A stretch of 47,545 nucleotides of DNA from Phoronis australis (Eukaryota > Animalia > Phoronida), in assembly GCA_002633005.1 (NCBI GenBank), contig NMRA01000220.1, forward strand, positions 178,127-225,671, in the 5' to 3' direction. A program made the position numbers and the translations under genes. Shown here piece by piece: positions 23,688 to 35,899 of the stretch (within the stretch, counting starts at the first letter, position 1; every line of letters begins with the position of its first letter). Below the pieces are notes generated by a model that saw nothing but the letters and a program-made list of their open reading frames with translations, was not told the DNA's origin and did no database searches.

Positions 23688-26600
23688 ATTAGCACAACTT
23701 CACCATGTAGACGATTCGTCTTTTGTGATCGCCGACTCCGACATTTCACATGTATTGCAAATATATCAAAGGATAAATCCCACTCAACTGTTAATTCAAT
23801 CTAGGGTTGCCCAAGAACACTCGTTCAACGCAAATAATTTAAGAAATAGAGTATAAAATCAATAATTTCCACAATGAATCGTCGCTGAAACAATTAAATT
23901 AAAGCTGGCGATGAACGTTTAAGTTACGCCTCGGTCAATTCTTTTTGGGGTCTGAAAACAAACATACTGACCTCGGTCATAAGCACATTTTTAGGTCCGG
24001 AAACCAAAAAAATTAACTTTGGTGAAAATCAATAATTGTTTATGATGCACCCATGGCTTGATTTTTAATCACTCCTTGAAAGTTCTCTTTAAATACACGT
24101 TGCATATGCAGCACTTTATGGATTTTTGTACAATTTCAATGAAATAATGACGCCTTGTTTTTGGTGTACATGTACGTATAAAATGCGCATCTGAAAATCT
24201 ACCATGAAGAACGTAAATAAAGCTAGAATTCGATGTCACGTCTCATCGAGATCAGTTTACGTATAATTTTACCACGCCATTGGGAATACCTGCACTGTAC
24301 AAGAGCCTTACTTTGCTTTAGCTAACTCGCGCATTGTGGAAGTACATTTATGTCTTTCACAAGTTCTTAACCGTTGCGAGCGAGTTATTCAACCGAGACA
24401 GTATTAATGTAGCCCCACTAGTGACCAATCTTATGTCGGTTTCGTCAAACTTTAGTCCACACACACGTGTAACCCGAATCGATCGTCAGTGCTTCAGTGC
24501 CGACCCCAGTGCCGACCTAGCTATCGATTGCTGACAGACCGTTGCTTGTTTGGTCTGAATCGGTCGGCGACCGATCACCGACTCGTTGCTGACCGGTCGG
24601 ACAAAAATTGGTTACATGTGCTTTGACATGGAAATTTTATCTTAAAGTTTCCAGTTTATTGATAGGCAGATGTTTTAAATGTAAAAATTTCTAGCGTTTA
24701 ATGTTGCCCATGTACGTGTAATTTGCCAATGAATTGGGTGAAAAATGACGAAATAAAATCGTTTATCCTAACAGGCACGTTAAAGTACTGTTTGACAGAT
24801 TAAACAAAAGAAACGAGCAAAGTAGGGGAAAATAGCAACATAACAAGCTTCTTAAAAAACCAGTGTGCAACCCAGTGGTGCAATATAAAACTAAGCTGAA
24901 CCATGTTGATGTTAATACTTAACAAGTTATGAATTATTCATCACTGAATTATTTAGGTTTTCAAGCTATTTCAAATGAGAGTTTGTGAAGGAGGGTGATA
25001 TTTTGTTAACAAATAGTTCGATGAAGTAGGAATTGTGTGGCAAAGAGAATGAGAAGGTAGGAGAAAATCTGCTTTACTTATCGTAGACGTATAGCAGACA
25101 TACAGTACTCGCCCCATATCACTATCAGTACTCACCACAGAGAGGTACACATCAAAGTTAATTTCTTCCAACTCTGGCCTCATGATTCACCAGTTTGCAG
25201 AAAAGTAAAATGTCATTTGCAATCACGAGCACTTCTGAAACAATTACAGTGAGCCCCGTAAAAATATTATGAAGAGTAAAGTTGTGTTAGATCATTTTGG
25301 CACATGAACTCCCTGAGTTAAAGATGATCAATATTTATTTTTTTGCGGAAAGCGCGGCGTTACAGCCGTTTTAAGTTATATCCACACATGATGTTGTTAA
25401 TGTCACTATTTTTAGTCCTTTGCGTGTGTGTGTATTCCAAGTACACCACACTCATCAGAGGTGGCATATCGTTCACCAGTCCCACATTTTCAGAATCCCA
25501 CGCTAACTTGATGAGGTCATCTTGTTTGACCCTAGATACCAGCATCGGCAAACATTTTGGTGATCATGGTTTATGTCATTATAGCCGCTTCATTAACACA
25601 GAGGAAAGATTACCTGAGGTGCAGCATTTACTTCATATGGACGTGTGTAATTACTATAGTTTTACACCTCAGAGGTTTGACTACAGTAGGACCATACGCT
25701 GATTAACCCCCACGGATGTTTTCAAAAATTCATGCTCGTCCTCGTCAATTTGGAAGTCGCGAAAGTTCATCGCCACTTTTAGGACTCGCCTGCGCTGGCG
25801 AAATTCATATTTCAGCTTGTGGGTTTGTGGCTTGTCGCCAAAAATGCCAAAGTTAGTAGAAAAATATTTTTTTTGGCGGAACAATAACAGAAGATGCACC
25901 GAAGGCCCCGCGGCAGGATGTACTTTCATAGCTTGCGCTGTTGGCGCATGAAAGTTGATTCAATACTCTATACAGCCTTGGCAGGGAATGTTGACTGAAT
26001 TGTTTTTCACGGTGTACCGCTGCTTTAAATCTCCAGGGCAATTCTTGCTCGGAAAACAGTGCAGTTGTTTCTGGAAAGCACTCACCGCTTGACGTCATGA
26101 CAGCTACTGGGTGCTGTGAATCTTAGAACTACTCTCAAAATGTAAACTGTTTATCATGTACGTAACACACCATGGATCACATTAAAATATTCATTACTAT
26201 TAGTCTGTGCTTTAGTCTCTCTAGGGCACGTTAGCAATGTTGAAAAGCCACGCCATTAATCATTGTGTTGTTTACGCGCTAGAGAGGTGATCGATGAAGA
26301 GCCACGAACCTGTGGATGTCGTCAAATAAACAATGTAGAATGCCAGGATTGGAAACAGTTGACACAGCGCCATGTTACGACGGTTTTCATTGGCTGCCTC
26401 TTGGGAATATTTAATCACGAGGTTGGTTAGCTTGCAAATGCGTACACGGCAAAGCAAGTGGTATACGACAGAACGTCGAATCTCTCTGATGAGCTGTCTA
26501 TTTAAATTGCTATATTATAAACGATTTGGGCTGCAAGGAATGTAACTGTCGATTCCTTATAATAAAAGCAAAATTAATTAACATTGGGCCCAGTCTTTCA

Positions 26601-27150
26601 CTTGGCATTCTCCTGGATCCTTGTGAATCAAAATTATGTTAGGGCCCATATCAGAACGGTGTTAGCCAAATGAAATCCCTTACGTACGGAGAGCCACACC
26701 TGAATCAATCTGGTATGGCCAGGTACCCGCATGAAGTTACTTACAGCGATTAGCGACAGCCAGTGCTCGAGCTCTGATATGGTGGACCTTTGATATTTTG
26801 CAAACGTCGAAACGGTAGTTTTCGCTAAGCCCCTTGGACTCTGCTTAACTAGGGGGGTGGGAAATCTGTGTACACAATGACGACTCTCAGCTCTGTTTCC
26901 AAGATCAGACCGAATTTGTATACCAGAAATGAGGATCATGGCCCTGACGGTTACTCACAATTAGAACGGGACCAAAATTCAGATGTAATGTGGTCCAGAA
27001 AGAGAACGTTCCCGCGTTACCCCCTGTCAAATTTTCAAACCGGGCTTGTTAAACGAGTGATAAAGCCTCATTACATACTCGGATTGAAATATTTAATCGG
27101 GAGAATGATCGACTTGAATATTTTGATCTGGTTGTATTTTGCGTGTTACT
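23688..27150 (+). repeat. Duplicated segment, copy A
   Basis: Colinear and near-identical (a few percent different by eye) to 31888-34533. Paired ORFs in the track (25343/32834, 25853/33264, 26868/34251). Contains 780 bp (24503-25282) absent from copy B. Confidence 0.95.
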
Positions 27151-28140
27151 GAACTTGCTTACAACGTTGGGAATGGGATCAACCTACTATCCCACAGGTT
27201 CACTTCTCTGAAGGTTCACTATTCCGAAGGTTCACTAACTCTAAAAAAAAAATATAAAACTTCGGACTTGGGTGTATCAGATATACTTTTACCTGCAGAA
27301 ATAAACGACACTTCGGTTATCAGATAAACTTGGTGGTGTACCTACATGTATGTTCAAACAACGCCCAAATTTCATGCGTATGCGAAATTGCCAGCATGTC
27401 TTTCGAATAAGGAAAATAAATACGAACTCAAATTTTTAAAAGAACATGAAGTAGGAATATTGATGAGTTATCAATAGCGATATATTCATCAAATCCATGT
27501 CAAGATTTTTGAGCAACGACGAAGGACTCACTATGTTGAACTTAATTATTATCCGTGTGCACTGAATTTAAAAGAATAGAAACACCGTCACACACTCAAG
27601 TACACGCATGCATGTCATCTACCAATCCACAATCTAAGTGGAAATTTGAAAATGTCTACACTTTACTGTACTCTGTCACTATCAAAATGGCAGATATCAA
27701 ACCTAGCTACCATCTGCTATTTTGTTTTTGGTCGATTTTAAGGAATTCACGAGGGACTACTTTTTGAAAGCACTCTTGCTGCTATATAGCCTAGCTAGGT
27801 ATAGACATTTAGTTCCAGACCTCCCGTGTTACCCAATGTTGGAGCCACCACGCGCATTCAGTCCCTATGAATAACATAAACCCTCCTCTAATCGTCTGCA
27901 AATCCTATCATCAAGCACCATTCGGGCGAAGTTGACCGGGTGCGGCCCGATGATTACGTGAAGTAAATTCAAAATCATTACTGACTTAGTTATCATTGTA
28001 GTTAGAAGTACCACTGAGTAGGTGCAACAATTTTGTTGTTGATGTCCATCTGCATCTCATCTTTAACGGATAGGCCGGGGCTGTACCTTTTCCGCTTGGG
28101 TTCGATCGAACCCCCCGAACCCCCCCTGGCTACGGGCCTA

Positions 28141-28495
28141 GACCTATAGCCAGGATTTTAAGTGACGGTTTAACTGACGTACCATTTAGAACACAGCATT
28201 ATTGACACACCTTCGTTTCCAATCCGACATTTTACCTGACAAACAACACCTTGCCGGGTAAAACTTATTGTTTGTTAGGCGACATTACGCAAGGGGGCGG
28301 AGCTTGCGATAGGTTAATTGACCTATAGCCAAGATTTTTAGTGACGGTTTAACTAACCACTTAAAGCGCAGCATTATTGACACACCTTCGTTTCCAAGCC
28401 GCCACGTTACCCGACAAACAACACGTTGCCGGGTAAAACTTATTGTTTGTTAGTCGACATTACGCAAGGGGGCGGAGCTTGTGTTGGGTCAATTG
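28141..28495 (+). repeat. Tandem duplication of an about 178-bp unit
   Basis: Units 28141-28319 and 28320-28495 both begin gacctatagcca and end shortly after gggggcggagcttg. Confidence 0.92.
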
Positions 28496-29569
28496 TTACC
28501 AATGAATGATGGATACGGAGAGTCACGGCCCTGCACTTGCGCTAAGTCAGGAATAGTAGATTTTTTCCTTCAGGTGTTGATGGATGAAAGGCAGAGTCTT
28601 GTTATTGGCAAAACATAAACATCAACACAGAAATAATGAATAATGAATATCATATCGCACTATGTTTACTCTTAACGTTGTGAGTTTCATGTTGCGACAC
28701 CAAAGGAAAATGATTTAAGACAGCCAGTCAGATTAAGACTTTTAGGGCCCTGCTAAAGGAGGTTTCAGAGTCCACTGTGACAGGTAATTTAAGCTGTCCT
28801 ACAATTTTTACTCTTCCTCCGGTCTAAAGGATATTCTTTCGCCTAACCACCGCAATTTTTTACCCTCCTACGGGCGCCACAAGATTCGAGCTACCCTCGC
28901 ATCGCCATGAATTTCCATAGACGTTTTACAGAGTTGGATTCTATGACTTTAAGTGCCACCAACGCTCAAATCGAGGGCCAGAAGACATTTAGAACATCTT
29001 GGCTAGTTTCATATAGCCTTAAATTTCTCCTTCTGGAGGTGAGTGTAACCTGCTCATTTGGAAACTCAATTATCGTACAAATCATGTGACTTTCAAACTG
29101 GAGAATCATTAGCCATATGACTTGAGTTCTCACACAGGCTAAAAACATTCACTGCCAGTTAGTTTCGTAGATTTAAAGTTCCCTTTGAAAGTGAGTTCTA
29201 TCTGTACGTGTGCCAACTTCCTTACCTAGATTCAAAGTTACATGTTATGTAACCGACTGAAGCCCGCACAAGTGCACATAGCGTTCACTTTCGAGGGGAA
29301 ATTTGAGGCTACGAAAATACCCGAGGTCTTCCGGATTCTCCACGGGTAAATTTGACGAAATAATGACTTCCTAGGTATTCCAAATGGGCCCCAAGGTTCA
29401 GCTAAATGTGTAATCTAGCACTGGAGGAATGCCGCCATATCGACAGCAGACCCGAAAAGATAGCCATTTGTACGAAATTCAAGTCGTTTGGTAGAATTTT
29501 TGTTCCAAAAGCAAGAGCTAAATCCACAGACTTAACCTTTTCGTAGAGATTCTTGAGCGCCTTTCGTAC

Positions 29570-29990
29570 TAACGTCAACCCGTCGATGTTTTGGGGAGTT
29601 GCGGTCAGTGTGAACGCTTAACTTCGGTCGTGGATCAAAGTTATCAGCGTCAGTTAACTTCGCACTAAACAGGTGGACTTAACAGCGGAGCGTCGACGGT
29701 GCGGTGCAGTATGAAATGTCAACTTCGGTCCCACCGAAAATATCGCCAGGTGCCACTGTTATCGTCAACAATTAAAGGGTAGTGTTGTCGCTAATATCTG
29801 CTTATATTATATTTTGCTCGAATGATCACCAATCGAATTAAGAATAAGTTTTATGTTAATCGGCACATGTAAAAGTTCACAAATTGTCACATTAAGCGTG
29901 CAACTCTACCTTGCGATTTCTTCGATGAAAACAGCGTCACCTACCGTTTAGTTCGATGTTCGTAACTACCGAAGCCGGTATGAAAGGTTT
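29570..29990 (-). repeat. Dispersed repeat; inverted, uninterrupted copy of 4645-4675 plus 6956-7355
   Basis: Shared blocks such as cgtcgacgctccgctgttaa, aactccccaaaacatcgacggg and ataaaacttatt. Confidence 0.85.
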
Positions 29991-31289
29991 AGTTCCCATA
30001 TTGTCAAAAATGAATATGTTTACCTTCTAAAGTTTTAGGGATACAGATATTGAAAACCCTCCTGCCGATTTTGTGATAGAAAAAAGTCCTCTGCAATGTT
30101 TTCCACTCCCAAAGTAAAAACTGCTGTATCAACGGGAGAAGATGTCATTTGGTAGAAATTTTGCAAAGGCATTTTTGTCGCAAATCGGCATTGTGGGAAA
30201 AATTCCTCTGAGCGTCATGTACCGTATGTACTTGTAACTTCAGCAGATGGGTAACTCTGTAAGCATTTCTATCGATGAACCTTTCTTGTCAATGTTTTCA
30301 GGAATGCGAGAATGTTTTTTATAGACAACTAATGCACTTAAATATTGACCCTAATACATTATACTGTCATGTTTGTTCTTATATTGAACCTTTGCATATG
30401 CTGGCAGCAAATTTTCGTTGAAGCAAATGGTATTAATTAAACACTACAGTTCTGTGAACTCGAGGCTTGTCACAAATTATTAAAAATTCTGCATATTGTA
30501 GATAAAAACACTGCAAACGAAAGTATCTTAAGTCTTTTTCATCTGACATATACCGTTCAGTAATTTCTTTACATCTGCAACATGAGTGACCCGTTTTGAG
30601 AAAGTGCCAATGTTTCCGCTAGTCCATCAAAGGGATTTAACAATACATGTCGCCAGGATTTTATTGCATATTTCTTTCTTGGACATCGTACCAGGAAACT
30701 TGCCGTCTCCTGCCACTCCATCTCTCCACTAAAGTATAAAAAAATCGTGTATCAATATCAGCATACACAAGCAGAGATGAAACGAGGTGACGTTTCTCTA
30801 GACTTCACACGCGGTCATAGTTTGTATCTGGAATGTCGCTCATATTGTCAAGATCCGCTGACATTCCAAACTTCAAAATCACAGGCCTTGGAATTCTAGC
30901 ATGTCTGAACACTTCGTGCAGTCTTAATGATTTTTTAACGAATCTCACCTAGTTTTAAATTTAACAACTTGTAAATTTCGCTGTTGTATTTACAGGCTTT
31001 ACGTCACAAAGCTTGGTAGTGCAGCTGGAAGTTGTTGCAGTGGTCCAATTTCTAGTAGTGACGCCAGATTCTTCAGCTGAAGTATGATTTACACAAGAGT
31101 CTACACATTTGCGAGACTTGTTAAATGACAATATCGTTTCGATCCTTTCAGCTACGTTGATCCGTATTAGCTCATTCAACATGGCAACAGTATTACTAGG
31201 TGGTCCAGTAGAAACACGACATTCAACGATGTCATCGTTTGACCCCAGAAGAAATAAATCGCTTGCTATTTCATCTAAAACTTCTTTAA

Positions 31290-31578
31290 AGGCGAAGGCA
31301 ACCTTTTTCCATGTCATTTTGAGCTGAAATAAGGTTGGTTGGTTATCCTAGGCATATTTTCCACTTAATTACAGCTTTTCGTAATTTTATTAATTACTCG
31401 TCCGCTACTCCGGAAGTGACGTTTTAGGAGGCAAGCATTTCGCGCCAATTTCTTTTCATATAGTCTGAATGTGAGAGCTGCCGAGTCAGTCATTGTTCTA
31501 CCTCGGTTGTGTTGAGTTCCGTCGTCGTTTGCTTTCATTTACTAGTCAGTCAACATGCCACACTGTTGCTGCGTACAA
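31290..31578 (+). mobile_element. Second copy of the left end of the 34537 Kolobok element, running into an assembly gap
   Basis: TTAA at 31286-31289, then 289 bp matching 34537 onward with about 8 substitutions, including the ATGCCACACTGT THAP start. Stops at the N run. Confidence 0.93.
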
Positions 31579-31621
31579 NNNNNNNNNNNNNNNNNNNNNN
31601 NNNNNNNNNNNNNNNNNNNNN
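31579..31621. other. Assembly gap (43 N)
   Basis: Run of n characters. Confidence 1.
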
Positions 31622-31887
31622 GCATCCACACACTTTTTGTCAGTTAGTTGACCCTGTTGACCGCAATTGTCCACAAATATAGTAACCTTAGGTCTTTTGG
31701 GAATTTGTGGCCACCTGTCGAAGACTTGCACCACGGAAATTAGCAGTAATAAGGCTTAGCGCGACGACGTATTTTGATAAACATTCCATCTTTTACCAGT
31801 TGTTTACATGCAGATAGCCACGCATGCGCAATTCAATCACCACTAGTACAGCAGCGACACCCCGAGGAGAATTCTCCGAATAGCCCC

Positions 31888-34533
31888 ATTAGCACACCTT
31901 TACCATGTAGACGATTCGTCTTTTGTGATCGCCGACTCCGACATTTCACATGTATTGCAAATATATCAAAGGATAAATCCCACTCAACTGAGTGTTAATT
32001 CAATCTAGGGTTGCCCAAGAACACTCGTTCAACGCAAATAATTTAAGAAATAGAGTACAAAATCAATAATTTCCACAATGAATCGTCGCTGAAACAGTTA
32101 AATTAAAGCTGGCGATGAACCTTTAAGTTACGCCTCGGTCATTATTCTTTTTGGGGTCTGAAAACAATCATACTGACCTCGGTCATAAGCACATTTTTAG
32201 GTCCGGAAACCAAAAAAATTAACTTTGGTGAAAATCAATAATTGTTTATGATACACCCATGGCTTGATTTTTAATCACTCCTTGAAAGTTCTCTTTAAAT
32301 CCACGTTGTATATGCAGCACTTTATGGATTTTTGTACAATTTCAATGAAATAATGACGCCTTGTTTTTGGTGTACATGTACGTATAAAATGCGCATCTGA
32401 AAATCTGCCATGGAGAACGTAAATATAGCTAGAATTCGATGTCACGTCTCATCGAGATCAGTTTACGTATAATTTTACCACGCCATTGGGAATACATGCA
32501 CTGTACACGAGCCTTACTTTGCTTTAGCTAACTCGCGCATTGTGGAAGTACATTTATGTCTTTCACAAGTTCTTAACCCCCGAGACAGTATTAATGTAGC
32601 CCCACTAGTGACCAATCTTATGCCGGTTTCGTCAAACTTTAGTCCACACACACGTGTAACCCGAATCGATCGTCAGTGCTTCAGTGCCGTGTGTTAGATC
32701 ATTTTGGCACATGAACTCCCTGAGTTAAAGATGATTAAAATTTATTTTTTTTTACGGAAAGCGCGGCTTTACAGCCGTTTTAAGTTATATCCACATATGA
32801 TGTTGTTAATGTGAACTATTTTTAGTCCTTTGCGTGTGTGTGTATTCCAAGTACACCACACTCATCAGAGGTGGCATATCGTTCACCAGCCCCACAGTTT
32901 CAGAATCTCACGCTAACTTGATGAGGTCATCTTGTTTGACCCTAGATACCAGCATCAGCAAACATTTTGGTGATCATGGTTTATGTCATTATAGCCGCTT
33001 CATTAACACAGAGGAAAGATTACCTGAGGTGCAGCATTTATTTCATATGGACGTGTGTAATTACTATAGTTTTACACCTCAGAGGTTTGACTACAGTAGG
33101 ACCATACGCTGATTAACCCCCACGGATGTTTTCAAAAATTCATGCTCGTCCTCGTCAATTTGGAAGTCGCGAAAGTTCATCGCCACTTTTAGGACTCGCC
33201 TGCGCTGGCGAAATTCACATTTCAGCTTGTGGGTTTTGTGGCTTGTCGCCAAAAATGCCAAAGTTAGTAGAAAAATGTTTTTTTTGGCGGAACAATAACA
33301 GAAGATGCACCGAAGGCCCCGCGGCAGGATGTACTTTCATAGCTTGCGCTGTTGGCGCGTGAAAGTTGATTCAATACTCTATACAGCCTTGGCAGGGAAT
33401 GCTGACTGAATTGTTTTTCACGGTGTACCGCTGCTTTAAATCTCCAGGGCAATTCTTGCTCGGAAAACAGTGCAGTTGTTTCTGGAAAGCACTCACCGCT
33501 TGACGTCATGACAGCTACTGGGTGCTGCGAATCTTAGAACTACTCTCAAAATTTAAACTGTTTATCATGTACGTAACACACCATGGATCACATTAAAATA
33601 TTCATTACTATTAGTCTGTGGTTTAGTCTCTCTAGGGCACGTTAGCAATGTTGAAAAGCCACGCCATTAATCATTGTGTTGTTTACGCGCTAGAGAGGTG
33701 ATCGATGAAGAGTCACGAACCTGTGGATGTCGTCAAATAAACAAAGTAGAATGCCAGGATTGGAAACACATTGGCTGCCTCTTGGGAATATTTAATCAGG
33801 AGGTTGGTTAGCTTGCAAATGCGTACACGGCAAAGCATCTGGTATACGGCAGAACGTCGAATCTCTCTGATGAGTTGTCTAATTAAATTGCTATATTATA
33901 AACGATTTGGGCTGCAAGGAATGTAACTGTCGATTCCTTATAATAAAAGCAAAATTAATTAACATTGGGCCCAGTCTTTCACTTGGCATACTCCTGGATC
34001 CTTGTGAATCAAAATTATGTTAGGGCCCATATCAGAACGGTGTTAGCCAAGTGAAATCCCTTACGTACGGAGAGCCACACCTGAATCAATCTGGTATGGC
34101 CAGGTACCCGCATGAAGTTACTTACAGCTATAGTAGCCACAGTCAGTGCTCGAGCTCTGATATGGTGGGCCTTTGATATTTTGCAAACGTCGAAACGGTA
34201 GTTTTCGCTAAGCCCCTTGGACTCTGCTTAACTAGTGGGGTGGGAAATCTGTGTACACAATGACGACTCTCAGCTCTGTTTCCAAGATCAGACCGAATTT
34301 GTATACCAGAAATGAGGATCATGGCCCTGACGGTTACTCACAATTAGAACGGGACCAAAATTCAGATGTAATGTGGTCCAGAAAGAGAACGTTCCCGCGT
34401 TACCCCCTGTCAAATTTTCAAACCGGGCTTGTTAAACGAGTGATAAAGCGTCATTACATACTCGGATTGAAATATTTAATCGGGAGAATGATCAACTTGA
34501 ATAATTTGATCTAGTTGTATTTTGCGTGTTACT
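31888..34533 (+). repeat. Duplicated segment, copy B (possible second haplotype)
   Basis: Starts at attagcac like copy A and ends at gcgtgttact directly against the Kolobok TTAA. Lies just after the N gap. Confidence 0.95.
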
Positions 34534-34801
34534 TAAAGGCGAAGGCAACCTTTTTCCATGTAATTTTGAGCTAAAATAAGGTTGGTTGGTTATCCTAGAC
34601 ATATTTTCCACTTAATTACAGCTTTTCGTAATTTTATTAATTACTCGTCCGCTACTCCGGAAGTGACGTTTTAGGAGGCAAGCATTTCTCACCAATTTCT
34701 TTTCATATAGTCTGACTGTGAGAGCTGCCGAGTCAGTCATTGTTCTACCTCGGTTGTGTTGATTTCCGTCGTCGTTTGCTTTCATTTACTAGTCAGTCAA
34801 C

Positions 34802-35591
34802 ATGCCACACTGTTGCTGCGTACCAGGATGTACTAATTATCGGCTCACGCGCGCTTTGGGAGTACCTTTGTATCGCTTTCCGATGGATGACACACTTCGC
34901 CGTACTTGGCTCGTTCGTGTGAAGAACGCAGCGTTACCCGTCCACGCAACGTACAAAGCAGTGGAGAATTACCGTGTTTCAGTGTGGCAAGCACTTTCTG
35001 CCGTCCGATTACGAAAGGGATTTGTACGCTGAACTGATGAAGGTCCCTGCGAAACAACGTCTGAAGAAGGATGCCATTCTGTCTGTGTTGATTCCCGGCA
35101 GTGCCCCGTCGCCACCCCCGAGAAGTGCGTTTTTGAAGCGAGAAGCCTCGCGAGCTGTGGCCAGTACAGTGACTGGAGCCAGTGGAGGCACTTCATCTAC
35201 TGTCACCCGTGCCTCCGAACGTACCCCAGAGCGTGCAATTCCTGGAACCAGTAGTGATTCGCCCTGTGCTGTTTTCTCCAGCCCAGAGCCTCTAAGCAGC
35301 CCTGCAGCGATATTGAGTAGTGGGAGTGATTACAGGCTCAGTTCGACACCCAGTGAAGAGGACAGTTCGTCGTCCAGTGAACAGATCGGTGAGCCAAACT
35401 TTGATAAGTTTATTGTGGACTTGTCTAAAGTGTTGGAGCTATTTAGAAGGTGCCAGGTGTGTGGCGAGGGAGTCACACGACACGGTGTAAGCAGTTTGGG
35501 TGCTCAGGTCACCATCCAGTGGGAGTGTGTCGCGGGACACTCTGGCAAGTGGGACAGTTGTTCCTCTGTCCGTGGTATGCCGGAGGTTCAC
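34802..35591 (+). pseudogene. THAP-domain transposase, frameshifted and truncated
   Basis: MPHCCCVPGC..LYRFP..W..YRV, frameshift (apparent extra tcag at 34979-34982), then CGKHF..RLKKDAILSV completes a C2CH THAP finger. Followed by a Ser-rich linker and KFIV..LELF..CQVC..C.AGH..W.S zinc-finger-like block. No DDE core remains. Confidence 0.88.
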
Positions 35592-35899
35592 TTAACCATG
35601 TCCAGTAGTGGCTTGGCCTCGTCGAACTCTGAACAGCACAAGCATTCCATTGAGGTAGGCATAACAACGCACACAGTGCATTTGCACCAAGATGTGTCAC
35701 CACGTCTGTCCTCAGTAGCCGCCTCGTTTCTCTCAACAGCTGCCTGTGCCTGTGCGTACTCTGCCTCGTTATACTCGGGCTCAAACATGTACCCACCCAC
35801 TGAATGTCCGTGAAAAAATTCCTCGTCACCACTGCTGTGAACAAGGTCTCCGTCACTCACACTACTGTCACTGTGATACGGGTCACCGACTCCAGCCAT
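35588..35899 (-). pseudogene. KolX / P2X7 ballast-like Cys-rich protein, N-terminal fragment
   Basis: gaaaATGgct start, acidic N-terminus, YMFEPEY, then WCKCTVCVVMPTSMECLCCSE, the WCxCxxCxxMxTxxECxCCxE pattern of the P2X7 C-terminal zinc-binding region. Truncated at the internal deletion. Confidence 0.85.

Noticed and set aside
24971-25929. Minus-strand coding-like fragments in the duplicated segment
   Set aside because: Broken by stops with no recognisable domain; their recurrence is explained by the duplication, not by selection.
28574-28685. Candidate signal-peptide exon (ttccttcag acceptor, MNNEYHIALCLLLT, gtgagt donor)
   Set aside because: Ends in phase 2, but the 37463 exon needs phase 1; joining gives an immediate stop.
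34974-35813. 279-aa ORF as an intact protein
   Set aside because: Starts mid-THAP after a frameshift, and its last 70 or so residues are antisense read-through of the KolX remnant.
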